Source of the DNA: Mesotaenium endlicherianum
Taxonomy: Eukaryota
Direction of reading: 5' to 3'
NCBI GenBank assembly: GCA_009602735.1
Contig: WELA01001098.1
Location: 151,345-215,344 of the forward strand
DNA: 64,000 nt
Part shown: in pieces, positions 10,481 to 23,234 of the stretch
How the letters are laid out: each line of letters starts with the position of its first letter
How positions within the stretch are numbered: position 1 is the stretch's first letter
Notes under the pieces: generated by a model
The model's input: only the letters and a program-made list of their open reading frames with translations
The model's database searches: none
Told to the model about the DNA's origin: nothing
Translations under genes and position numbers: made by a program

Positions 10481-13367
10481 ATAACATTTTCAGACCTTAC
10501 CTGGATAAGTTTGTGCAAGTCTTCTTGGATGACATTTTCATTTTCTCTAAAGATGAAGCTCAGCATGGTGAACACTTAAAGACAGTCATGGACACTCTGA
10601 GAAGAAATCAGTCATATGCTAAAATGAGCAAGTGTGATTTCTTTGAGGAAAGTATTGAATTCTTAGGCCACGTTGTCAATGAAGACGGCATCAGTGTGGA
10701 TCCTAAGAAAGTCCACACTATAAGGGACTGGCCACTCCCACAGTCTGTCTCTGAAGTTAGACCCTTCCTTGGGTTGGCGAACTACTATAGGAGATTCATT
10801 GAAAATATTCTACAAAGGCCAGTAAACTGACTGACCTTACTAAGAAAGACATAGGGTATGCGTGGGGGGAAGAGTAGCAGGCTGCCTTCGAGACCCTTAA
10901 AGATGCTCTTTGTTCTGCCCGAGTGCTAGCCGTGTATGACCCCAGCAAACCTGTGCAGGTGGTTACTGATGCTTCTGACTTTGCCATGGGTGCTATTTTA
11001 TTGCAGCATGCTGACAAAACCACAAAGGATGGTAAGGTACGGCAGGAGTGGCACCTTGTGCTGTATGAGTCTATGAAATTCAACTCAGCTGAAATTAACT
11101 CTTCTTTGCATGATAAAGAGCTGCTTGCTATCATCCATGTGCTCAAACATTGGAGAGCATACTTACATGGTAAAGCTTTTAAGGTGATTACAGGTCATCT
11201 AGCTCTAACTCACTTTCAGAAGAAGTCCAAGCTGTCGATGAGGGGAACCGTTGGAGCCAGATGCTGGAGCAGTTCCAAGTCCAAATTGACTACAAACTAG
11301 GGAAGTTAAATCCTGCTGATGCACTCTCTAGGATACCTGACTTGCAAGAAAGGAACTTTTGTCAGCATGCTATAGATAAAGTCCTTTGTGCACTCATTTC
11401 ACTAAAGGTGAAAAAGTCCTTCCTTGAACAACTTAGGAAAGCCAACCTTTCTGACCCAACATTTGAGCCCAGCCCCACGGATGGTATGTGTCCTGCTACT
11501 GCACTCGGGTATAGGCTTAAGGGAGGGGTCTGGGTGACTGAAACCACTTCAGGCAGGCTGAAGCTGGTCATTCCTAATAATTTGGAAATAAGGTCTCTCT
11601 TACTGCGTCAAGCACATGACAGTTTACTGGGTGGGCATTTGGGGCAGGCCAAAACTGTTGACAAATTGGCAAAACATTATCATTGGGATGGGTTGCCTCG
11701 GGAGGTCTTGAAGTGTCAGAGAAATCAGTCTAGGCACACACCACCCGGGGGTCTTTTACAACCACTGCCCATACCAGCTGGACGTTGGGAAACAAAATCC
11801 ATGGACTGGGTGGTAACACTACCAAGAATTGCCAATGGGCATGATTCGATCCTGGTAGTAGTGGATAAACTGACAAAAATGGCATTTTTATCCCCACAAC
11901 TGTCAAAGTAACTGCACTCAAAACAGCAAGACAGTTCTACAACCATGTAGTATGCCAACATGGGCTCCCCTCTAATATCATCTAAGACAGAGAATCAAAA
12001 TATAACTAATGTCTGAAGAGCTTTATTGGGGTTAATGGGAGTCAAACAGCTGCTCAGCACAGCAAACCACCCTTAGACTGATGGGCAGACTGAAAGAACT
12101 AACCGAGTTCTGCAAGAGGTGCAAAGAGCATATATTAACCAAAAACAAGATAATTGGGGTGACCTGTTGGCTCAAATTCAATTTGCGATGAACAGTGCGG
12201 TACACGCGTCAACGGGCCAGACTCCTTTTGAACTCAGCCTGGGTAGAGTCCCTAAGTCTCCTTTAGATGTACTAGGAGAGTCTTTAACTCACCCTGAAGG
12301 GATTGACAATCCGATCTCCCTCCAGTTAACTCAGGTGTTTGCTGACACCCTGTCAGAAATCCAACAGAACTTGCACAAAGCCCAAGAAAATCAACAAAAA
12401 TACTTACCAAATAGGCGATCAACAATTAATAAAGATCTTCATATCAGCAAGTAATCTTTTATGGATCTTCCGTTGACTGATTAAACGGCAAAAGGACAAC
12501 ACACTAGCAGTGAACAACACTCGTTAATCAAATGCGAGTAAACTAGCATCAATAATGCTTTCAGTAAACTCATACATAAGCAAGGTTAGAAGACAGTGCG
12601 TATCAATGGCTTCTCGCCTTGGATTCAGATCTCTCTCAGTAAGCTGTACAAGAGAGTTGGCCTCGTTTCCGAATGCCGAACTCGAGAGCAATGCCTAGCA
12701 TATGTACATGGAATGAGTTTACTGTTCAACGGCCAGTGCGATGGCACCGCCTACCCGGGAGTTAACCACGTTGGTAGGACCTCGGTTAACCAAATCCACC
12801 GCCATCTCCCATCATCCCGAATTGCCATCCATCATAGGGATGTCATCTGGCCATTCATCTAGCATACCACACTTAGATGCATATCGAGGCAGTTCGCTGC
12901 TACCGAGTACGGAAGTCAGCTGGCTGTCAAAGAATGTGTCAGCAAGCTGACTTAAGTGGACTTCAGCCTGCTGCTTTCGGCTGAGTCATTAAACTGATAT
13001 TAAATATGAAGTCCAGCAGACTGATTATTAACTAGAGTTCAGCAGGTTGAACTTATTTAACTGTTATATTTAAATGAATATTATATCTACTAATATACTG
13101 ATTCATTACAAATCAGCACCATCGCGAGCTGACATTTTCTAAAGGCGATTTGGTCAAACTGCATTCTCACCACCTGTACCTGCCTGGTGTGGTCAAGAAA
13201 AAGCTCGGTCCGTTCTGGGTCGGTCCATATTCGGTGGGGCGCCGTGTCGGTCAGAATGCTTACAAATTGAACATGTCAGCAGAATACAAGGGTCATCCAA
13301 TATTTAATGTCTCCTTCCTGGAACCGTACGTCAAAGATGACACACTGTTTACAGGTCGGTTACCCGT
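10481..13367 (+). pseudogene. pol: Family B copy B0: decayed pol fragment (RT C-terminal half, RNase H, integrase)
   Basis: [17 protein letters not shown] and AHDSLLGGH...SMDWV. Colinear with intact pol ~20443-22650, with many stops and frameshifts. Confidence 0.92.
12402..13110 (-). mobile_element. Family B solo LTR inserted antisense into B0 integrase; left junction eroded by ~20 bp
   Basis: Reverse complement of LTR 16826-17545, ending ATTCATTACA. Host pol resumes at AATCAGCACC. Confidence 0.9.
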
Positions 13368-14090
13368 TGAATTGAATCGACTTACCAAATAGGCGATTAA
13401 TGATAAATGAAGATCTTTATATCAGCAAGTAATCTTTATGGTATTTTCTGTTGATGGTTTAAACAACAAAAGACAACACACTAGCAGTGGACAATACTTG
13501 CAAGTCAAATGGAAGTAAACTAGCATCAATGATGCAATCAGTAAACTTGTACATAAGGAAGGCTAGAAGACAGTGCATATCAATGGCTTCTCGCCTTGGA
13601 TTTAGATCCTCTTAGTAAGTTGTACAAGAGAGTTGGTCATGTTTCTGAATGCCGAAATCGAGAGCAATACCTAGCATATGTACATGGAATGAGTTTACTG
13701 TTCAACGGCCAGTGCGATGGCACCGCCTACCAGGGAGTTAACCATGTTGGTAGGACCTCAGTTAACCATAATCCACCGCCATCTCCCATCATCCTAAATC
13801 GTCATCCATCCTAAGGATGTCATCTTGCCATTCATCTAGCACACCACACTTAGATGCATATTTGGGCAATTCGCTGCTACCGAGTATGGAAGTCAGCTAG
13901 CTGGCTGTCAAAGAATGTGTCAGCAAGTTGACCTAAGTTGACTTCAGCGTGCTGCTCCCGGCTGAGTCATTAAACTAATTATTTAATAAGGTCCAGCAGA
14001 CTCCATATTAAATAAAGTTCAGCAGGCTGAACTTATTTAGCTATTTAATTTAAATGAATATTATATCTAGCAATATACTGGTTCATTACA
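13368..14090 (-). repeat. B1 3' LTR
   Basis: Plus-strand TGAATTGAATCG...TTCATTACA, followed by the reverse-complemented PPT TCCCTCCAACTT. Confidence 0.92.
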
Positions 14091-14203
14091 ATCCCTCCAA
14101 CTTAACAAGTTGTCGCCTCGACAACACTAACACTGGGTACATGGTTTTCCCCAACTGAAAGTATTGGGCTCCCTCCCACCGCCTCTTGCTCCAACACTGA
14201 TGT

Positions 14204-15946
14204 CTAACTGTGGGGATTACTAGTAACAGTGTGCTGTCCCTCCGCCCTCAGCCTACTGCCCTTATGAAGGAGATCTTCCTGGGGCTCTACGGTCATGGGA
14301 GCGAGACCGGGAGCCAGACCTCCTCCTCTGTCTTGGGGTCTCCTGAAGCCTGGGGGCTTCGAGTAGGGGGAACCAAGGGGAGAACGCAGTAACTGGGATG
14401 TTTCCTCCTGCACACTCTCAAAATGAAGGGAGGCAGCCTTCTCCAGGGCATTCCTCAAACTGACAGGTACATATACCGACATCTCAGAAGGATGTTGCAT
14501 GACATGAGCCAAGGGCACATGTCCTCTCTGCAAGGGAGATGCTGGCAGGCCTCTGGCTATTTCTATAGCAGTCCTATTTCTCCTGTCTGCCCTGTCTGAG
14601 TGGGTCTCTGCGCCTGCAGATGGGCTCTGTCCTCTGGCAATTTCCAGCCAAGTGATATCTTCCTCTCAACGAGCTGGTGCAGAGCTATGTCTGCCCTGGC
14701 CAACCCAGTCTTTTTCATTACAAGGGATGTGGCAGGTGTCTGGGTCACAGCGGGGCTAGTGTCCTCTTCCTCGCCTTCCTCCTCTTCTTCCTCTTACTCC
14801 TCCTCTTCTTCCCCTCGCTCCTCTGAGACTGCTGGGGTCTCCTCTGTCAGCTGCTCCAACTCTTCCCGAGAAAAAGAATACCCCACTGACCTTCCCCTTT
14901 TGGGTGCTGGTGGGGGCTGTTGAGTCCGGACCACATACAGGTCTTTCTCTCCCTGCTTGCTTGCCCATTTGGCATAAGCGTGCTTCCCTTTAGAGAATGA
15001 CTCTTGGGCCCTGCTCCTGTCCTCCTGCATTAGAGAATGACTCATGCAGTCTCTTACTCCATCCAATCTTGGGTCCCAAGCTGCAATGTGAGGGGGCAAC
15101 ACTATGTTCCCCTGTAGGTCTGTTAGGAAATCTTCCTCCCCTGCCCTGTCATTTTGCTGGTCCCTCATGTTAATGGTCATCCATCGTTAATCGGTGGGCT
15201 TTTGGAAGAAGGCAGGGTCCGTCCTTTTCAGCGTACAAGGGTACCAATGCCCTGCGAAGTCCAGCTGACTGGTTTCCCTGGCCAAGAATTTCCAGCTCTT
15301 TCTCTCCACCTCATTATACATGGCCTTAAACCTGTTATGGGATGTAGTGTCCTTAAAGCTGTCCGCGTCCATGGGGATCATCCTGATGACCCTATCTTTC
15401 CCCCAAATACTCGGAATCGATACAGCTCCTTCCTCATTCACTTGGGCCATTGCCTTGGCCTCTCTGATATCGTGGTAGAGGAGGAGTCCTGTGCTGACCT
15501 CTATGTACTTGTCAAAGTTTTCAGATGTCTCCCCTTCCCTCTCCAGGATGTCCTTCTGCGACTCACTGCGACTTCTCTGGGCATACTTGAAGGCCTCCTC
15601 CAGTAGATCAAAGCCCTTGCCCAGCACTGTGTAGCGGTAGCTGCTGATTATCCTCTGTACTTCTTCTTCAACCTGCTGCTTCCGCCTCTCCTCAGCTTGC
15701 CTCTCCTCCTCTGCCTTCTTGGCCTCCTCTGCAGCTTGTCTGTCCAATTCTTCCTGCCTCAGCCTGGCCTGTTCCTCCTCCTTCTTCTTCTTCTGTGCCT
15801 CCCGCTGTTGTTAGAGTCGTTGCGATTCCCGAGCGGAGATGGAGGATGATTTGATGTCGCCACAAAATTGCAAGTATTTTGCATGTGCCTCTTCCACTCT
15901 TCTCTTCCTCTTAAGTTCCAACTTCTAAGTCATCTTGCTCAATCAT
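14204..15946 (-). pseudogene. B1 extra 3' ORF (unknown function), broken by stops; homolog of 23235-24920
   Basis: Shared blocks YRYTV, SFKDT, YNEVERxSW, HWxPC, PTD*RWMT, LPPxIAxWDPRL, FSKGKHA, GRSVxYS and GHVPLAxV. Confidence 0.85.
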
Positions 15947-16259
15947 AAACACAATGCAGTCAGTGAAGTCTTGGTACTTCGCCGCTACTGAGTACCCTTG
16001 GTGGAGAAGAACGTAGTAGGGAGAGTTCCAAGTGTGTAAGACCTTGTGTGAGTGAGTAGAAGAGGAGAATTGAGTCAGAGAGAAAAAGTGAGTGTGAGCG
16101 CAGGTTGAGTGTGTAGAATGATTACATAAAAATTTGCCTGGCTGATCCCGAGACGGAACACACTCCCTCCAACTAAATTTTAAGGTGAGTTGCCTGTCAT
16201 AACTGTCACTATCTGTCACTAACTGTCACGTTTAACTGTCACGTTCCCCTCCAACTTAT

Positions 16260-16820
16260 CACCTGTCCAGGGCGACTAAAATGACAGTTAGGGAGGTGTG
16301 CCAGCCGCCCGAAGGTGGAACTGCTTCAACGCCCCTTTGGCATTGGTCAGCTGGTCTTTAAATTCCCAAGTGTCCCCAGAGGCATCGTACCTCTTCCATT
16401 GGACCAGGTACTCCATGACATGTTTAATGATCGACGGATAAAGCGAGCGTTCGAAATTTTGTCGACCTCATATTCCTCAGGGTCACCATGCCCGACAGCG
16501 GGGATCGGTCCCGGTTGGACAGGTAACCGACTCGTGAACAGTGTGTCACCTTTGATGTACGATTCCAGGAAGGAGACATTAAATTCTGGGTGACCCTTGT
16601 ATTCTGCTGACATGTTCAGTTTGTAAGCATTCTGACCGACACGGCGCACCACCAAAAATGGACCGACCCAGACCGGACCAAGCTTTTTCTTGACCACCCC
16701 AGGCAGGTACCGGTGTTGAGAATGCAGTTTGACCAAATCGCCCTTAGAAAATGTCAGCTCTCGACGGTGCTGATTAGCGTATTTTTGTTGATTTTCTTGG
16801 GCTTTGCGCAGGTTCTGTTG
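16260..16820 (-). pseudogene. pol: B1 integrase C-terminus (GPY/F) + chromodomain remnant
   Basis: [10 protein letters not shown]...AYKL...FNVSFL...EEYEVDKI. Confidence 0.88.
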
Positions 16821-16825
16821 ACTTT

Positions 16826-17545
16826 TGTAATGAATCAGTATATTAGTAGATATAATGTTCAGTTAAATAAAATAGTTAATTCAGTTCAGCCTGCTGAACA
16901 CTAGTTAATAATCAGTCTGCTGGACTTATTATTTAATATCAGTTTAATGACTCAGCCGGAAGCAGCACGCTGAAGTCCACTTAAGTCAGCTTGCTGACAC
17001 ATTCTTTGACAGCCAGCTGACTTCCGTACTCGGTAGCAGCGAACTGCCTGGATATGCATCTAAGTACGATATGCTAGATGAATGGCCAGATGACATCCCT
17101 ATGGTGGATGGCTATTCGGGATGATGGGAGATGGCGGTGAATTTGGTTAACCGAGGTCCTAGCAACGTGGTTAACTCCCGGGTAGGCGGTGCCATCGCAC
17201 TGACCGTTGAACAGTAAACTCATTCCATGTACATATGCTAGGCACTGCTCTCGAGTTCGGCATTCGGAAACGAGGCCAACTCTCTTGTACAGCTTACTGA
17301 GAGAGATCTGAATCCAAGGCGAGAAGCCATTCATACGCACTGTCTTCTAACCTTGCTTATGTATGAGTTTACTGATTTGCATTATTGATGCTAGTTTACT
17401 CGCATTTGACTTACGAGTATTATTCACTGCTAGTGTGTTGTCCTTTGCCGTGTAACCAGTTAATGAAAATACCATAAAGATTACTTGTTGATATGAAGAT
17501 CTTTATTAATTGTTAATCGCCTATTTGGTAAGACGATTCATTTCA
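16826..17545 (+). repeat. B2 5' LTR (720 bp)
   Basis: TGTAATGAATC...GATTCATTTCA; near-identical to 25034-25753. Confidence 0.97.
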
Positions 17546-17546
17546 G

Positions 17547-17558
17547 TGGTATCGGAGC
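17547..17558 (+). promoter_or_regulatory. Primer binding site, tRNA-iMet type
   Basis: TGGTATCGGAGC 1 nt after the LTR (canonical plant form TGGTATCAGAGC). Confidence 0.9.
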
Positions 17559-17579
17559 AGTTATCACAGTCTTCTTTGT

Positions 17580-19098
17580 ATGGTAAGGACAATGTCTCAA
17601 ACTAGCAACTCCCGAGACATGGAGAACCAGGATAACGAGAATGTCAAAAACCAGGCGGAAAGCCATGTAGCGGGAACCCGTACCTCATCTGAAGCAGTAG
17701 CAAATACTGCAGCTAGAGAGGCTGCAGATGAGGCAGCTGCTATTGCCGCAGTCGCAGCACAGCAAGCTGAGGAGGAGAGAGCCAGATCAGAAGCTGAACA
17801 AGTAGCAAAGGCCGTTGAAGATACAGAAAGGAGGGAAGGACAGCCAGCTGACGAGCGCACTGCTGAAGAACTTATGGCTTCAAGGGCCAATGTTCAGAAC
17901 CCACCTCCTGCTGTACAACTCAATGTACCCCTAGGTCAAATACGTGACCGGCTGAATGCGGCAGGAATTGCTGCTGCAGGAGCAAGAGGGATTGTTGAGG
18001 ACACTACTCAGCGAGTAGAGGCCAATGCTGCTGCTGCGTTTGCTAATCTACCACCCCAAAGTGTAGACTTGGGAGCATTGTTCGTTCAGATTCAGTCGCA
18101 AATGGCGACCATGTATCAGTCCCAGCAGGAGGACAAAAGAATCATAATGTCCCTACTGCGGGACAGAGACCAACTGGGGTCTCAAACCACTAGTGGTGGT
18201 GGCCGAGGGCCTAGTAAGCCCAAGCCGAAACCTCCCCAGGACTATGATCCTGAGGGAAACAGAAAATATTACCTGATCAAGTTTCTCGCGGATGTTGAGC
18301 AGTGGCTGGAGAACTACCCAGAACTGCAAGATCACGACAAGGTCAGGCACACCGGTGCGCTACTGAAAGGCAGTGCCGCAGACTGGTGGCTATACTGGAA
18401 AGGAGAGCGTAAAGCTCGGCAACTCGGTGACCCTACGTGGGTAGAGTTTGTGGAGAAACTGCATGAGAAGTTTGATGTCATCAACCAGCAGGAGAAAGCT
18501 ATCTATGCGATGATCTCCCTGACACTGAAGCAGACCACTTCAATTGCTGAGTTTGCTCAAAAGTTCCAAGAGAACATGATGAAGCAGTCAGATTTGCCAG
18601 AACGGTATAGGATAGCATACTTCAGGTATGGCTTGAAATCCGAGGTCTCTGGTCATTTTGCTGAGAAAAAGTATGAGAAACTGGCTGACTTGATCCAGGA
18701 TGCTGACGCCTGGGATCAGCAGCAGTTCAATCACAAGCGCCAGAGTAACGCTTTGGTGTCTAAGATTGTCAAAAAGCCCCACGGTTCCTACAATGCAGTT
18801 GAAGGAGACCAGGCTGAGGATAATCAGGGTGATGAATATGAGTATGAGTACAATGCTATTCAGTCTAGNTGATGAATATGAGTAGGAGTATAATGCCATA
18901 CAGTCTAGAGGTAGAGGTGGTTTCTCTCGGGGCGGCTATGGAAGAGGTGGTGGTAGGACTAAGCCAAGACCAGCCTCAGCAAAATCCACTTGCTACCATT
19001 GCCAGCAGTTGGGCCACTACCAAGAACAGTGTCCAGTCAAGCACCTTCCGAAAGACGAGAGAAAAGACCAGCCTTTAAAAGACAGCAACAGTCAGTAA
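17580..19098 (+). CDS. gag: B2 Gag (open once the N plus 39-bp duplication at 18869 is removed)
   Basis: MVRT start, [19 protein letters not shown], and C-terminal knuckle [14 protein letters not shown]. 1519-40=1479 nt, divisible by 3. Confidence 0.88.
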
Positions 19099-22000
19099 TC
19101 CAGTCTACTGACTGTGAGGATGCTAGAGATAGTGAGTCGTCACTAGCTGCCCTCGTAGTAGGTATTATGGGTCCTGCTGAACTGGATTCACTATGCATGC
19201 CTGACAACCAGATAAAGGAGACCATCAGCAATATAGACGTTCAGAGAGTGCACACTCTGGATGCTCTTGTTCCGCCTGATGTCCAACATTTCTTTGCTAA
19301 GTCGGGAGAACAATGCGAAAGTCAGGAAAAGTCAGTCCCCCCTATCCTACTGCATTGCATGATTGCAGGTAGGAAGGTGAGAGCATTTGTTGACGGAGGG
19401 GCGTCACATACTTTTATCCACAAGGACTTAGTTAAGCGGCTAAGGCTGCCTACTGTCACCCAAGGGAATAGAAAAATATTCCTTGGAGATGCCTCAAGTA
19501 TCCCGGGAGGAGTTATAACCAAGCCTATTGAGGTCCAGTTAGGTTCTGGCATTGCAGTTCTAACTGAAACGCTTACATTTGAGGTACTCAACACTGGCTT
19601 TTATGATCTCGTGCTAGACAGGTCCCGGCTTAATAGACATCAAGCTGAAGTGTGTTGGAGCAGAGGTACAGTTAAAGTGAGAGGAGCCAGTGATGGGCAG
19701 ACTGATTTGGCACCCACCAGTGCTCTTCCTCTTGTCCTGTGTGGATGGCAAATGAAGGAAAAGAAGAGGCTTCCAGAAGGATGCAAGTTGCTGAATGCAA
19801 TGGAGTTCGTCAAAGGCTGGAACCAGAAGGAAGACCGAATGTTCTGTCTGCTGCTAAGAGAGGTACCTCCTCAACCTGAAGAAGTGGTTGAGAAAAAGGT
19901 AAGCCCTCCGGATCACCCTACTGCTGCAAAAATTGTTGCTCAGTACACTGATATATTTAATATGCCTCCAGGACTACCCCCTAAGAGGGAAGTAGATCAT
20001 AAGATTGATTTATTACCTGGTAGTCAGCCACCTTGGCATCGCACGTATGGCTTGTCGTATGTGGAGAGCGAGGAGTTGAAAACACAGATTGCAGAGCTAG
20101 AGGAAAATGGTTATATTTCTCCCAGTAAATCACCTTACGGCGCACCCATCCTATTTGTTAAGAAAAAGGATGGCAGTATGCGGATGTGTGTGGATTACAG
20201 AGCCCTGAACAGAATTACAGTAAAGAACAAGTATGCTTTACCCAGGATCGCGGACTTGCTTGATACCCTGTCTGGTGCTAAGGTGTTCAGTAAAATAGAT
20301 CTCAAGAGTGGTTATCATCAAATCAGGATTGCTGAGGGGGATGAACACAAGACTGCCTTCCGCACACGTTATGGACACTATGAGTTCAACGTGATGCCTT
20401 TTGGACTGACTAATGCTCCTGCTACCTTCATGGGTGCTATGAATGACATTTTCAGACCTTATTTGGATAAGTTTGTGCAAGTTTTCCTGGATGATATTTT
20501 AATTTTCTCTAAAGATGAAGCTCAGCACACCGAACACTTAAAGACAGTCATGGACACTCTGCAGAAAAATCACTTATATGCTAAAATGAGCAAGTGTGAT
20601 TTCTTTAAGGAAAGTATTGAATTCCTAGGCCACGTTGTCAGTAAAGAGGGCATCAGTGTGGATCCTAAGAAAGTCCAGACCATAAGGGACTGGCCAGTAC
20701 CACAGTTTGTCTCTGAAGTTAGATCCTTCCTCGGGTTGGCTAACTACTATAGGAGATTTATTGAGAATTATTCCACAAAGGCCAGTAAACTGACTGACCT
20801 TACTAAGAAAGACATAGGGTATGTGTGGGGGGAAGAGCAGCAGGCTGCCTTCCAGACCCTTAAAGATGCTCTTTGTTCTGCCCCAGTGCTAGCCGTGAAT
20901 GACCCTAGCAAATCGGTGCAGGTGGTTACTGATGCCTCTGACTTTGCCATGGGTGCTATTTTGTTGCAGCCTGCTGACAAAACCACAAAGGATGGTAAGG
21001 TACGGCAGGAGTGGCATCCTGTGTTGTATGAGTCTATGAAATTTAATCCAGCGGAGATTAATTTCTCAGTGCATGATAAAGAGCTGCTAGCTATCATTCA
21101 TGTACTCAAACAGTGGAGAGCATACTTACATGGTAAAGCTTTTAAGGTGATTACAGATCATCTAGCTCTGACCCACTTTCAGAAGAAGTCCCAGCTGTCG
21201 AGGAGGGAGAACCGCTGGAGCCAGATGCTGGAGCAGTTCCAAGTCCAGATCGACTACAAACCAGGGAAGTTGAATCCTGCTGATGCACTCTCTAGAAGAC
21301 CTGACTTGCAAGAAAGGAACTTTAAACAGCATGCTGTAGATAAAGTCTTGTGTGCACTCACTTCACTAAAGGTGAAAAAGTCCTTCCTTGAACAACTTAG
21401 GAAAGCCTACCTTTCTGACCCAACATTTGAGCCCAGCCCCACTACTGGTGTGTGTCGTGCTACCGCACTCGGGTATAAGCTTAAGGGAGGGGTCTGGGTG
21501 ACTGAAACCACTTCAGGCAGGCTGAAGCTGGTCATTCCTAATAACTTGGAAATAAGGTCTCTCTTACTGAGTAAAGCGCATGACAGTTTCCTGGGTGGAC
21601 ATTTGGGGCAGACCAAAACTGTTGGCAAACTGGCAAAACATTATCATTGGGAGGGGTTACCCCGGGAAGTCTTGAAATATGTCAAGTCCTGTGACCAGTG
21701 TCAGAGAAATAAGTCTCGGCACACACCACCCGGAGGTCTCTTGCAACCGCTACCCATCCCAGCGGGATGCTGGGAAACTATATCCATGGACTGGGTGGTC
21801 TCACTACCAAGAACTGCCAATGGGCATGATTCAATACTGGTAGTCGTGGATAAACTGACAAAAATGGTCATTTTTATCCCCACAACTGTCAAGGTGACTG
21901 CACTCGAAACAGCGAGGCAGTTCTACAAGCATTTAGTATGCCAACATGGGCTCCCTTCTAATATCATCTCAGACAGAGACTCAAAATTCACCTCTAAGTT

Positions 22001-22904
22001 CTGGAAAGCTTTAATGGGGTTAATGGGAGTCACACAGCTGCTCAGCACAGCAAACCACCCTCAGACTGATGGGCAGACTGAAAGAACTAACCGAGTTCTG
22101 CAGGAGGTGCTGAGAGCATATATTAACCAAAAACAAGATAATTGGGATGACCTGTTGCCTCAAATTCAGTTTGCGGTCAACAGTGCGGTGCACGCGTCAA
22201 CGGGCAAGACTCCTTTTGAACTCAGCCTGGGTACAGTCCCTAGGTCTCCTCTAGATGTGCTGGGGGAGTCTTTAGCTCACCCTGAAGGGATTGACAACCC
22301 GGTCTCCCTCCAGTTAACTCAGGAGTTTGCTGACACCCTGTCAGAAGTCCAACAAAACCTGCACAAAGCCCAAGCAAACCAACAAAAATACGCTAATCAA
22401 CACCGTCGGGAGCTTACATTTTCAAGAGGCGATTTAGTCAAACTGCATTCTCAGCACCTGTACCTCCCTGGTGTGGCCAAGAAAAAGCTTGGCCCTGTCT
22501 GGGTCGGTCCATATTCGGTGGTGCGTCGTGTCGGTCAGAATGCTTACAAATTGAACATGTCAGCCGAATACAAGGGTCACCAGGTCTTTAATGTCTCCTT
22601 CCTGGAACCATACATCAAGGGTGATACACTGTTCACAGGTCGGTTACCTGTTCAACCGGGACCGGTCCCCGCTGTCAGGGACGGCGACTCTGACGAATAT
22701 GAGGTTGAGGAGATTTTAGACGCGCGCTCGGTCCGTCGATCGTCTAAATATGTCATGAAATACCTCATTCGATGGAAGGGTTACGATGCCTCTGGGGACA
22801 CTTGGGATTTTAAGGGCCATTTGACCAATGCCAAAGGGGCGTTGAAACGGTTCCACCTTCGGGCCGCTGGAGCCACAGTCATTTCAGTTGACACGGGAAG
22901 GTGA
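18990..22904 (+). CDS. pol: B2 Pol: protease, RT, RNase H, integrase, chromodomain (probably via -1 frameshift)
   Basis: FVDGGAS, FLDD, TDASD, HHCC, SMDW/SDRD/QTER, GPY and EYEVEEILD...[15 protein letters not shown]; 1304 aa open. Confidence 0.97.
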   Translation: MLPLPAVGPLPRTVSSQAPSERREKRPAFKRQQQSVIQSTDCEDARDSESSLAALVVGIMGPAELDSLCMPDNQIKETISNIDVQRVHTLDALVPPDVQHFFAKSGEQCESQEKSVPPILLHCMIAGRKVRAFVDGGASHTFIHKDLVKRLRLPTVTQGNRKIFLGDASSIPGGVITKPIEVQLGSGIAVLTETLTFEVLNTGFYDLVLDRSRLNRHQAEVCWSRGTVKVRGASDGQTDLAPTSALPLVLCGWQMKEKKRLPEGCKLLNAMEFVKGWNQKEDRMFCLLLREVPPQPEEVVEKKVSPPDHPTAAKIVAQYTDIFNMPPGLPPKREVDHKIDLLPGSQPPWHRTYGLSYVESEELKTQIAELEENGYISPSKSPYGAPILFVKKKDGSMRMCVDYRALNRITVKNKYALPRIADLLDTLSGAKVFSKIDLKSGYHQIRIAEGDEHKTAFRTRYGHYEFNVMPFGLTNAPATFMGAMNDIFRPYLDKFVQVFLDDILIFSKDEAQHTEHLKTVMDTLQKNHLYAKMSKCDFFKESIEFLGHVVSKEGISVDPKKVQTIRDWPVPQFVSEVRSFLGLANYYRRFIENYSTKASKLTDLTKKDIGYVWGEEQQAAFQTLKDALCSAPVLAVNDPSKSVQVVTDASDFAMGAILLQPADKTTKDGKVRQEWHPVLYESMKFNPAEINFSVHDKELLAIIHVLKQWRAYLHGKAFKVITDHLALTHFQKKSQLSRRENRWSQMLEQFQVQIDYKPGKLNPADALSRRPDLQERNFKQHAVDKVLCALTSLKVKKSFLEQLRKAYLSDPTFEPSPTTGVCRATALGYKLKGGVWVTETTSGRLKLVIPNNLEIRSLLLSKAHDSFLGGHLGQTKTVGKLAKHYHWEGLPREVLKYVKSCDQCQRNKSRHTPPGGLLQPLPIPAGCWETISMDWVVSLPRTANGHDSILVVVDKLTKMVIFIPTTVKVTALETARQFYKHLVCQHGLPSNIISDRDSKFTSKFWKALMGLMGVTQLLSTANHPQTDGQTERTNRVLQEVLRAYINQKQDNWDDLLPQIQFAVNSAVHASTGKTPFELSLGTVPRSPLDVLGESLAHPEGIDNPVSLQLTQEFADTLSEVQQNLHKAQANQQKYANQHRRELTFSRGDLVKLHSQHLYLPGVAKKKLGPVWVGPYSVVRRVGQNAYKLNMSAEYKGHQVFNVSFLEPYIKGDTLFTGRLPVQPGPVPAVRDGDSDEYEVEEILDARSVRRSSKYVMKYLIRWKGYDASGDTWDFKGHLTNAKGALKRFHLRAAGATVISVDTGR

Positions 22905-23234
22905 CAAGCGGTCCTGTCTCCATTTAAGTTGGAGGGGAAAACATATGACAGTTAGTGAGTGAGAGCGATAAAGGGACAGTTACGTGAATCCTCAGTGTCA
23001 GCATAGTGACAGAGGGGACAGCCTGGCCCACATAAAGCACCTTAAGCGGAAGGAAGGAACTTAACTCACCCTCAAACACATTCATATGTTTATGTTTAGC
23101 GCACTGCAATTACGTCAACTTTCAGCAATCACCTTGTAAGGTAAACAGGATCGAATCCACTATACTAATACTAACATACTTCCTGCAATCCCTATGACAA
23201 AGGTCCATATCCTACTAACTCGTGCCCTGGTTAC

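Noticed and set aside
18830..18908. Apparent stop/frameshift and 39-bp duplication in B2 gag
   Set aside because: It is centred on an N, B1 has a single copy, and removal restores the frame.
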